Shown piece by piece: positions 50,479 through 58,588 of a stretch of DNA of 64,000 bases (positions are counted from its first letter, which is position 1; every line of letters begins with the position of its first letter). Both the position numbers and the translations under genes were made by a program. The notes beneath the pieces are model-generated. The model was not told the origin of the DNA, searched no databases, and worked only from the letters and a program-made list of their open reading frames with translations. Origin of the DNA: an uncultured bacterium (GTDB taxonomy: Bacteria; Babelota; Babeliae; Babelales; Babelaceae); NCBI GenBank assembly GCA_963717435.1, contig OY970332.1:320001-384000 (forward strand), written 5' to 3'.

Positions 50479-51015
50479 TTATTTAAAGTAATCTAAAATC
50501 TGCTGCGCATGTAAATTAACATCGAAATTTTCCAGAATCTTTATAATTTTTCCAGTTTCATCTATCAAAAAAGTAACACGTTTTGATACTATATTTCCCA
50601 TTGGGCCAGCAGCACCATAAGCTTCAGCAACCCGCTTATTTTCATCGCTTAATAAAGTAAACGGCAGATGATATTTTTCTTGAAATTTTTTATGGGATTC
50701 TGGTGAATCGTAACTTATACCCAGAACATTTATACCCTTTTCTTGGTAAGAACCTTGGGCGTCCCGAAGCCCTTCTGCTTCGATTGTGCAACTCGGGGTG
50801 TCATCTTTGGGGTAAAAATATATAACCAGTTTTTTGCCTGCATAATCGGATAGCCGCACAACTTGGTTATCTTGGTTTTTTAGGCTAAAATCTGGCGCTT
50901 TCATGCCTACACTTAGCTTGGGATTAAGCTTTTGGCGCTTATATATAGTATATAGTTTTATGAGCAAGAATATTAACAAAAAAGCAAATGCTATAAATAT
51001 CACTAAGAACTTCAT
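50479..51015 (-). CDS. bcp: peroxiredoxin Bcp/PrxQ with N-terminal TM anchor
   Basis: APDF, YFYPKDDTPSCTIEA, LPFTLLSD, RVTFLID. Confidence 0.9.
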   Translation of the reverse strand: MKFLVIFIAFAFLLIFLLIKLYTIYKRQKLNPKLSVGMKAPDFSLKNQDNQVVRLSDYAGKKLVIYFYPKDDTPSCTIEAEGLRDAQGSYQEKGINVLGISYDSPESHKKFQEKYHLPFTLLSDENKRVAEAYGAAGPMGNIVSKRVTFLIDETGKIIKILENFDVNLHAQQILDYFK

Positions 51016-51169
51016 AGTTGGCCCTTTTTAATAAATTTGGATAAAAATCTCTATAATAATTTATCGGCCACAATAATTTACCCCATGAAAAAAACATGCG
51101 CAATAGATAAATTTTATATTTTTGGATATTATGAGAATAACTTTATTATCCCATTTACAGTTACCTCCA

Positions 51170-51257
51170 TCCCTGCGCCGACGCCAAGGCTATGACGCAC
51201 GCGGTCGATACACTCGGCCTGCCCGGCGGAGCTTTAGCGAAGCCTGGGGACGAGCGG
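51170..51257 (-). repeat. palindromic element copy G (empty centre, two hairpins inserted in the arms)
   Basis: + strand TCCC-[hairpin]-TCGATACACTCGG-[hairpin]-GGACGAGCGG. Confidence 0.8.
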
Positions 51258-51323
51258 GGCTCTTTGTAAAAAGCATGCGCTTATAAGAGGGTGTAACGTT
51301 TTTATAACTTTTAGGATATAACT

Positions 51324-53933
51324 ATGACGTCTTACGATATTAGAAAAAAATTCTTCGATTTTTTCATTAAAAATGGACACACCAAAGTTGAAAGCTCTTC
51401 ACTGATTCCAGCTCAGGATCCGACATTACTGTTTACAAACGCCGGCATGAACCAGTTCAAAGATGTTTTCTTGGGCAAAGAAAAACGCAGCTATAAACGG
51501 GCTGTTTCTATCCAAAAATGCATACGCGCAGGGGGCAAGCATAACGATTTGGATGCAGTCGGCTTTACGGCGCGCCACCTGACTTTTTTTGAGATGATGG
51601 GGAACTTCTCTTTTGGGGATTACTTCAAAAAAGAAGCTATAAGATTCGCTTGGGATTTTCTAACCAAAGAACTTAAACTTACCCCTGAAAAGTTATATAT
51701 AACAGTTTTTACAAATGACCAAGAAGCCTACGACATCTGGAACAAAGAGATAGGCGTACCTGAATCGAGAATTTCAAAACTTGGAGCAAAAGATAATTTT
51801 TGGCAAATGGGGGATACCGGTCCATGTGGGCCATGCACAGAGATCTATGTTGACCGTGGTGCTGATATAGGCTGCAAGACAAAGGCGTGCGCGCCCGGAT
51901 GCTCATGCGACAGATTCATGGAAATCTGGAACAACGTCTTTATGCAATTTGATAGACAACCCAACGGTCAAGATAAGACATTAACTCAAACCGGCGTTGA
52001 TACTGGCATGGGGCTTGAACGCATCACGATGATCATGCAAGATAAAAACTCTGTTTATGACACAGATCTTTTTAGTTTTATAATTAAAGAAACAGAAAAA
52101 ATTACTGGGAAAAATTATGAAACCAGCGAAGCTGAAATTCAGGCGGCATTTAGGGTTCTTGCCGATCATATAAGATCTTCAAGTTTGGCAATCTCTGACG
52201 GTTGCAGCCCATCTAACGAGGGGCGCGGCTACGTTTTAAGAAAAATAATCAGACGTGCTGCTCTGTTTGCGCAAAAACTTAGCGACAAGAGTTTCTTCCC
52301 CGAACTTTCTGATTCTGTTGTAAAGCAACTTGGTGGAATTTACCCAGAATTAGAAATTAACAAAAACTTAATTAAATCTGTGCTTAAGAGCGAGACAGAA
52401 AAGTTTGAAGCTAATTTGATTTCTGGCCAACAGATATTAAAAAAATATTTTGAAGCTAATAAACAGTCAAAAAATATATCTGGAGATCAGGCGTTCAAGC
52501 TTTATGACACATACGGATTCCCATTAGAGCTTACAATTTTGATTGCACAAGAAAATGGCTTTAATGTTGACTCTGCGGGTTTTGAAGTTGAGATGGAAAA
52601 GCAACGTGAACAGTCTGGCAAAAAAACAGAAGTTAAAGAAAAAGTAGAAATTTCACCAGAGATAAAAACAATATTTACCGGATATCAAGAGACAGAATCG
52701 ACAGGCAAAGTTTTGGCGATAATAAAATATGACCAACTTGTTAAAGCTGCATCTAAAGATGAAATTGTAGAACTAATTTTGGACAAATCGCCATTTTATG
52801 TAGAATGCGGCGGGCAAATTAGCGACCAAGGTGAAATTGAGATTAAGGGCAAAACAGCTCAAATTCTATCACTTAAAAAAATTAACGGCGCAATTGCTAT
52901 CGAAGTTAAACTGCCTGAAACTGTTAATATTTCTGATTCTGTAAAACAGGTTGTTGATAAAGAGTTCAGAACAAATACCATGAAGAATCATACAGCAACC
53001 CATTTACTACAAGCTGCGCTTGTTCAGGTTCTTGGCAAAACTGTAAAGCAATCAGGGTCGGTTGTAACCCCAGATTATTTGAGATTCGATTTTACGTATC
53101 ATGAGAATCTAACTCAAGATCAAATTACAAAAGTAGAAAACATAGTTAACGCTAAAATCACAGAAAATATTGCAACTAACATAACTGAGACAACTTATAA
53201 AGCTGCAATAGACAAGGGCGTAATCGCTTTCTTTGGTGATAAATATAACCCTGAAAGTGTGAGGGTTGTCGAAGTTCCAGGATTCTCTGCAGAACTTTGC
53301 GGCGGAACACACGTAAGAGCAACTGGCGATATCGGTGCGTTTAAGATTACAGAAGTAAGCGCACTTTCTGCTGGAAATAGAAGACTTGTTGCAGTAACTG
53401 GACCTAAAGCGATAGAACTTTTTCAACAAGATTTTAATATCATTAAAAGTTTGTCTCAAGAATTTAAAGTTCAAACAGAGCAAGTTCTTGATGCTGTTAA
53501 TAAACAAAAAGATCTTTTAAAAACAGCACAGGCGCAAGTTAAGCAACTTAAAAAGCAGTTACTAGCAAAAGAGATCCCAGCATGGCTGTCTAAGATTCAA
53601 GAAGTTAATAAACTACCGTTCTTATTTTTAAAACTTGATAGTTTTGATAAGTACGACATCTCTGAACTTCGTGATATAGCACAAGAACTTACAAACAAAA
53701 AATCTGGCTTATATTTTATTGTTAGTTTAGTAGACAATAAACCAGTCTTTGTAAGCGCGATTCATAAAGATCTAAAAAATATATTTAATATGAAGAACTT
53801 TGCTGCTTGGTTAAAAGAGCATGCGGGAATTAACGGCGGCGGAAGCGACGTGAGCTTCCAAGGTTCTGCTTCAAGTTTAGATAATAACCTTGAAGATAAG
53901 ATTAAAAAATACTTACAAGAAACCCCAAAATAA
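51324..53933 (+). CDS. alaS: alanine--tRNA ligase
   Basis: FTNAGMNQFK, FFEMMGNFSFGDYFK, HTATH, ELCGGTH. Confidence 0.98.
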   Translation: MTSYDIRKKFFDFFIKNGHTKVESSSLIPAQDPTLLFTNAGMNQFKDVFLGKEKRSYKRAVSIQKCIRAGGKHNDLDAVGFTARHLTFFEMMGNFSFGDYFKKEAIRFAWDFLTKELKLTPEKLYITVFTNDQEAYDIWNKEIGVPESRISKLGAKDNFWQMGDTGPCGPCTEIYVDRGADIGCKTKACAPGCSCDRFMEIWNNVFMQFDRQPNGQDKTLTQTGVDTGMGLERITMIMQDKNSVYDTDLFSFIIKETEKITGKNYETSEAEIQAAFRVLADHIRSSSLAISDGCSPSNEGRGYVLRKIIRRAALFAQKLSDKSFFPELSDSVVKQLGGIYPELEINKNLIKSVLKSETEKFEANLISGQQILKKYFEANKQSKNISGDQAFKLYDTYGFPLELTILIAQENGFNVDSAGFEVEMEKQREQSGKKTEVKEKVEISPEIKTIFTGYQETESTGKVLAIIKYDQLVKAASKDEIVELILDKSPFYVECGGQISDQGEIEIKGKTAQILSLKKINGAIAIEVKLPETVNISDSVKQVVDKEFRTNTMKNHTATHLLQAALVQVLGKTVKQSGSVVTPDYLRFDFTYHENLTQDQITKVENIVNAKITENIATNITETTYKAAIDKGVIAFFGDKYNPESVRVVEVPGFSAELCGGTHVRATGDIGAFKITEVSALSAGNRRLVAVTGPKAIELFQQDFNIIKSLSQEFKVQTEQVLDAVNKQKDLLKTAQAQVKQLKKQLLAKEIPAWLSKIQEVNKLPFLFLKLDSFDKYDISELRDIAQELTNKKSGLYFIVSLVDNKPVFVSAIHKDLKNIFNMKNFAAWLKEHAGINGGGSDVSFQGSASSLDNNLEDKIKKYLQETPK

Positions 53934-53937
53934 CTTA

Positions 53938-53970
53938 TAATGGCTCGATAAATTCGGGCCATTACTTTTT
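53938..53970 (+). terminator. intrinsic terminator after alaS
   Basis: TAATGGCTCGA-taaat-TCGGGCCATTA-CTTTTT. Confidence 0.75.
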
Positions 53971-53982
53971 GAAAGAACTCTC

Positions 53983-54798
53983 ATGAATCACAAAATCAAT
54001 TTATTATTTTTTATATTTTCTTTCGGCGCACTAAGTTGCATGGAAGACAAGCCAGAACAAGCTAATAAGAAAAAATTGCGTGTTATCCTGCTCCCTAATA
54101 AGCATGCAGCTGAAGATCTTCTTCGCATACGCCAAGAAGACATTCAAAAAAAACTTGCTCGAAATGATTTTGAATTTTCAGAGATTTATAATTCGAATTT
54201 CTTATATCGGGATGTTGATTTTTTAGCTCTACAAAGTGGTGCTCTTTATAATGAGCTACAAAAAATTTCCAAGAACCCAGTTCCTGAAAAATTACTTATT
54301 TATGCAAGGTGGAATGGCGGGACCACTGCCCTAACTTATATTCAAAATAATGCGATCCCAAATTTAAGGGGGATGGTGTTAGAATCGCCAATTGAATATA
54401 CAAAAGAACTAATACAATTCGATAAATTACATATCTTAAAATCCACCCCTATTATTCTTTTAGAGCCTGCCGTACGCAAAAAAAATGCGGGAAAATATTA
54501 TGCTACTTCTTTGTATAATAAACTTAAGGAAAATGGTTACAACGCCCATTTGATAGAGATAATTATTGATTCAGACGATGATGATGAAGATGAAATTAAA
54601 ATGGGAGAAATGCGTAAAATTTTAAATACTGCTATAGAAGAAAGACAAGATTATATCGAAGAAGTTCAACAGGTTCCTGAGCAAGTTAGAGAACAAAGAC
54701 ATGAAATAATTGGTAACGTAATTATTGTTGTTTGTGCAGTTGGTGTAATGGTTGCCTATACATGTTTTATAACATACGCATACAGCAATATGGCTTGA
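53983..54798 (+). CDS. secreted hypothetical protein, degenerate alpha/beta-hydrolase-like, C-terminal TM
   Basis: LIYARWNGGTTAL...GMVLESP resembles a nucleophile elbow without Ser. Confidence 0.55.
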   Translation: MNHKINLLFFIFSFGALSCMEDKPEQANKKKLRVILLPNKHAAEDLLRIRQEDIQKKLARNDFEFSEIYNSNFLYRDVDFLALQSGALYNELQKISKNPVPEKLLIYARWNGGTTALTYIQNNAIPNLRGMVLESPIEYTKELIQFDKLHILKSTPIILLEPAVRKKNAGKYYATSLYNKLKENGYNAHLIEIIIDSDDDDEDEIKMGEMRKILNTAIEERQDYIEEVQQVPEQVREQRHEIIGNVIIVVCAVGVMVAYTCFITYAYSNMA

Positions 54799-54831
54799 AA
54801 ACCATTTACATAAGTTTTTAAAGTAAATTAT

Positions 54832-54861
54832 GATGGCCCGTAGAAATATGGGCCATTTTTT
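54832..54861 (+). terminator. intrinsic terminator
   Basis: ATGGCCCGTA-gaaa-TATGGGCCAT followed by T tract. Confidence 0.7.
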
Positions 54862-54875
54862 ATGGGGAGAATATA

Positions 54876-55079
54876 GTGAAAAATAAGTTTTTACTTTTTC
54901 TGTTTATAATTATCTCAAGCAATTCGCTTATCTGTTTCCCGCCTAATAATCCACAAAATTCTGGAAATCAAAACTATATCGATCCACAGGATCCACCAGG
55001 ATCTATAACGCGCAAGCAAATATTTAAAGCATTTGCGCTGCCAGCAGATAGAGATGCCAAAGTTGCGGGAAAGAAGTGA
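54876..55079 (+). CDS. short secreted peptide or truncated gene
   Basis: GGGGAG RBS, GTG start, signal peptide, 67 aa. Confidence 0.5.
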   Translation: MKNKFLLFLFIIISSNSLICFPPNNPQNSGNQNYIDPQDPPGSITRKQIFKAFALPADRDAKVAGKK

Positions 55080-55081
55080 AT

Positions 55082-55597
55082 TTATATTTTTTGTTTTATC
55101 AGCTCAACAGCTTGATCAATTAAGTTTTGGATTTCAGATTCTGGTTCTCTAAATTTTTGTAAGACATAATCAGGAACCAAATTTCTATCTTCTGGTCTTG
55201 AAATTCCAAATCTGAGCCGCCAAAATTTATCACCAATAACAGATATTATAGATTTGAGCCCATTGTGCCCCTTGGCACTTCCTGAATCTTTTAACGCAAG
55301 TTTGCCAAATGGCAGCTCAAGCTCATCATGAACAACCAAAATCTCTTCTGGCTTTATCCCCTGTTTGATTAAAAATGGGATAACTCTTCCGGAACTGTTC
55401 ATAAAAGTTTGCGGCTTAATTAAATATACTTGCCCTGAATCTGAATTAAACTTTGCCAGTTCCATTTCATCTTTAGAACTAAAATTTAGATTTAAATTTT
55501 CAGCCAAACTATCTAAAACTCTAAAGCCTATATTATGGCGGGTATATAAATATTTATCTCCCGGATTTCCAAGCCCTATAATCGCTCTTATTTTCAT
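55082..55597 (-). CDS. pth: peptidyl-tRNA hydrolase
   Basis: GLGNPG, TRHNIGF, KPQTFMNSSG, HDEL, GHNGLKSI. Confidence 0.97.
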   Translation of the reverse strand: MKIRAIIGLGNPGDKYLYTRHNIGFRVLDSLAENLNLNFSSKDEMELAKFNSDSGQVYLIKPQTFMNSSGRVIPFLIKQGIKPEEILVVHDELELPFGKLALKDSGSAKGHNGLKSIISVIGDKFWRLRFGISRPEDRNLVPDYVLQKFREPESEIQNLIDQAVELIKQKI

Positions 55598-55696
55598 GTA
55601 TTATCTCAAATTAAAATTTTATTAATAAAAATAGATTCTATTGAGTTTATAAATTTACATAAACCCATATATATGCAAGAAAAAAATTATTTTTTC

Positions 55697-55750
55697 CCGC
55701 TCGTCCCGAGTGATCACCGTAACGCTAGTGAAGGTGATTGTATCGAGGGA
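55697..55750 (+). repeat. palindromic element copy H (intergenic)
   Basis: CCGCTCGTCCCGAGTG-atcaccgtaacgctagtgaaggtgat-TGTATCGAGGGA. Confidence 0.9.
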
Positions 55751-55804
55751 TGAGCATATACGCGATATATAAAATTTTTTGTTTTTGCTTGGTCATTACC
55801 GCCA

Positions 55805-55858
55805 TCCCTCGATACACCCGTCTACGCTAAAGCTACGTCGGGCACTCGGGACGAGCGG
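55805..55858 (-). repeat. palindromic element copy I (intergenic, inverted partner of H)
   Basis: + strand TCCCTCGATACA-cccgtctacgctaaagctacgtcggg-CACTCGGGACGAGCGG. Confidence 0.9.
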
Positions 55859-55913
55859 GTTAGACTGTAAAACGTAACTGAGTCTAATTTAACACATAAG
55901 ATATAATCTTCAC

Positions 55914-55944
55914 AAAAAAAAGGGGCCGGATAAATTCCAGCCCC
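55914..55944 (-). terminator. intrinsic terminator after skp
   Basis: GGGGCCGGA-taaat-TCCAGCCCC preceded by an A run on + strand. Confidence 0.75.
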
Positions 55945-55970
55945 AAATAAACTTTAAAGTAATTTATATA

Positions 55971-56570
55971 TTACTTTTTAGCTGCAGCTTTTTTAGCCTC
56001 TTCAGCCTTCTTAGCTTTTGCATAATCTGCATCAAGTTCAGTTTTAATTCTGTCGGTAATATCAAATTGTTTGTCTGTTACAACTTCCATACCACCATAG
56101 TTAATAATTACTGAATCCCAACCATCAGCTTTGCGAATCTTTTCAACAATAGCTTTTGCTTTATTTTTTAGATCTTCAAAAGCAGCTTGCATTGTTTTTT
56201 GATAATATTCTTGTCCAGCTCTGATTGCCATTTCACGCTCTTGTTGCTTCTTCATCAACTCTTCGCTTCTTTTCTTCATGGCATCTTCTGAACCAATTCC
56301 AGATTTTTTCATATTCTCTAAAGCTTCGATTCCCTTGCGTAAATCTTGCTCAAGCTTCATAACGTCAGCTTCTTTCTTTTGCAATTCTTCTTGCAACTTA
56401 GAAACTTTCTCATTAAATTCTTGCAAATTATTAACCGTATTTTCCAAACTCATAAACATATTAAAGTTAGCAAACGCGATTTTATTTGCTGTAGCCCTTG
56501 GAGCGTCAGCTTGAAGTGATGATAATGATGTAAACATAGCGCACAAAGCTAAGCCTTTCTTGTTCAACAT
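55971..56570 (-). CDS. skp: OmpH/Skp family periplasmic chaperone
   Basis: signal peptide, KIAFAN, long coiled coil, DITDRI. Confidence 0.75.
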   Translation of the reverse strand: MLNKKGLALCAMFTSLSSLQADAPRATANKIAFANFNMFMSLENTVNNLQEFNEKVSKLQEELQKKEADVMKLEQDLRKGIEALENMKKSGIGSEDAMKKRSEELMKKQQEREMAIRAGQEYYQKTMQAAFEDLKNKAKAIVEKIRKADGWDSVIINYGGMEVVTDKQFDITDRIKTELDADYAKAKKAEEAKKAAAKK

Positions 56571-56724
56571 GATTTGACCCTTATTTAGATTTTTTTATAA
56601 CTTCTTAACACAGGTTAAAATAACTTTTTTAAAATAAATCGTCAAATAGCTCTGCTTGCTTTTTTGCATAAACTTGAGAATAATTTAACTAGAAAAAAGA
56701 GTCCCCCAAAAAAGAGTCACTGAG

Positions 56725-57669
56725 ATGAAAAATATGAAAACAAATTTTATTTCAATAATTTTTTTAATATTTTTTTCAATAAATTTATCTGCTTTGGAAA
56801 TGGGTTCTGATCAAGAATATCCTGAAAATCAAGAAGAAACGGCAAAAGCTATAGCAACAAAAATAAGTTTGTTTGCCACTTTATCTTGCCATACCCTGCC
56901 TGAATGGGAATCACTAGTAAATAATATAGAAAAAACTTGGCTTGTTTTGCTGCACAATAAACAAATAAAACTAGAAGATAATCTAAAAAAAATTAATATA
57001 AAAACTATAAAAAAACTTAAACAAAAAATAATTAATCTAATAAAAATTATTAACTCAGAATTTTTAGAAGCTATAGATAAATCGCGTGAATTCAAGGGGG
57101 ATCTAACTGACGAGCATCACGAACAATTTTGGCAATTTATAGCTGATAAAAAAGTTAATGGAGTAACTGTTTTTGATTATTACGATATGTTGCATGATGT
57201 TAAAGAAAAAGAAGATTTTTCTGAATCTCTATTAAGCAAAAATAAATTAGAACAAAAAAATTTAATCGATCTATATATTTACTCAAAAAACTTGGAAAAA
57301 CTTGTGCAAAGCCGTTGGGCCGAAACGGTAGCTGAAGCTGGATGCTATCTCTTGATGGGCCTGACCATATATTTGCTTTATGAGGCCCACAAAAATTTCA
57401 GCCAAGCAAACATCGGGCTTGCAATGTTTTTCTTTTCCTCTGCGGCAACCACAGCTTTCTTGAATTTTATATTTTTAAATCGATATAGGGCCAGCAGCGC
57501 AAGATACGATAATAAATTTGAAAAAACCAAATGGTTCAACCCATTTGAATTGGAACTTACGTTGTTTAAAGATCTTCCACTAATGGACCGAGTAAGAAGA
57601 TATATTCTTGCCGATAGAGTGTATTATTTAGAGTTTTTTGAAAATCACGTACGCGAAATTTTAAATTAA
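56725..57669 (+). CDS. hypothetical secreted protein with two C-terminal TM helices
   Basis: 314-aa ORF. Confidence 0.65.
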   Translation: MKNMKTNFISIIFLIFFSINLSALEMGSDQEYPENQEETAKAIATKISLFATLSCHTLPEWESLVNNIEKTWLVLLHNKQIKLEDNLKKINIKTIKKLKQKIINLIKIINSEFLEAIDKSREFKGDLTDEHHEQFWQFIADKKVNGVTVFDYYDMLHDVKEKEDFSESLLSKNKLEQKNLIDLYIYSKNLEKLVQSRWAETVAEAGCYLLMGLTIYLLYEAHKNFSQANIGLAMFFFSSAATTAFLNFIFLNRYRASSARYDNKFEKTKWFNPFELELTLFKDLPLMDRVRRYILADRVYYLEFFENHVREILN

Positions 57670-57681
57670 CCTAGGAGTTTT

Positions 57682-58548
57682 ATGAAATTAATTTTATTGT
57701 TTGTTATTTTGTTTTCAAATATTAGCGGCATGGAAGACGCAAATCAAAGCCTGTTGGGCGACGTTGAAATGGGGCTAACAAATCAAAATGTTATGTCACC
57801 TCAACCACCACCTGGCCTTGCCCCTTGGGAAATTAAAAAAGCAAAAAAATTGGCTATTCAAATGGTGAACGAAGCATTAAAAACATCAAAAAAATTTCCG
57901 CTTGAGTCAAACAAAGAGGCTCGTGAACATTTTATTAGCATAATTGGAAATAATAAAGAGCTTAATAGATTAATTAATAAATTTATTGAAAAAATTAATA
58001 AAGATTTTAATAATTTTATCGATGAACATAATGCTATTTCAAAAAAGTCTAATCGTGTAACAAAGAAGCGCCTTTATAAAGAATTCTGGAAAAAAATTAG
58101 AGAAGATATTTGCAAATCTTTAAATATAAAATATGACGAGAAATTTGAGACACTCACAAAACAACTTCCAGAATTTACAATAACTGATTTACAAAAACTA
58201 CAACTCAAAGCTACGCAAGCCAAAGTTCTTAGTTATAGTGCTGCAAAAATATATTGCCGTCTAATTGGAGCTTATATAATTCCATTAGTACTTGGAAATA
58301 TAGCGATACTTGCATCGTCAAGTGATGAACCCGCTAGATACATATGGCCTTCCGTAGGCTCACTACAGATTATTGCATGCATATGTTTTTTAATTTATGC
58401 AATACGAAATCTTGATCTTGAAAACACATCAGATATTGATGCGCTTATTGAAAACGTTGGTGAGGCGATAAGAAATTATATCGATACAGATATAATCTCA
58501 GATGATGTTGACGATGACAATGCTGGAAAAATAACTGAGATAGCTTAA
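57682..58548 (+). CDS. hypothetical secreted protein with two C-terminal TM helices
   Basis: 288-aa ORF, AGGAG RBS. Confidence 0.65.
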   Translation: MKLILLFVILFSNISGMEDANQSLLGDVEMGLTNQNVMSPQPPPGLAPWEIKKAKKLAIQMVNEALKTSKKFPLESNKEAREHFISIIGNNKELNRLINKFIEKINKDFNNFIDEHNAISKKSNRVTKKRLYKEFWKKIREDICKSLNIKYDEKFETLTKQLPEFTITDLQKLQLKATQAKVLSYSAAKIYCRLIGAYIIPLVLGNIAILASSSDEPARYIWPSVGSLQIIACICFLIYAIRNLDLENTSDIDALIENVGEAIRNYIDTDIISDDVDDDNAGKITEIA

Positions 58549-58557
58549 GTAATTATT

Positions 58558-58588
58558 AATGGGCCCGTAAATGGGCCCAATTAATTTT
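58558..58588. terminator. hairpin terminator between convergent genes
   Basis: TGGGCCC-gtaaat-GGGCCCA. Confidence 0.6.

Noticed and set aside
51160-51323. T-box riboswitch upstream of alaS
   Set aside because: No T-box consensus or terminator; the GC-rich stretch is explained by element copy G.
11730-55858. Palindromic repeats as a CRISPR array or integron attC sites
   Set aside because: They are dispersed, in both orientations and inside genes, with no spacer periodicity, cas genes, integrase or RYYYAAC/GTTRRRY ends.
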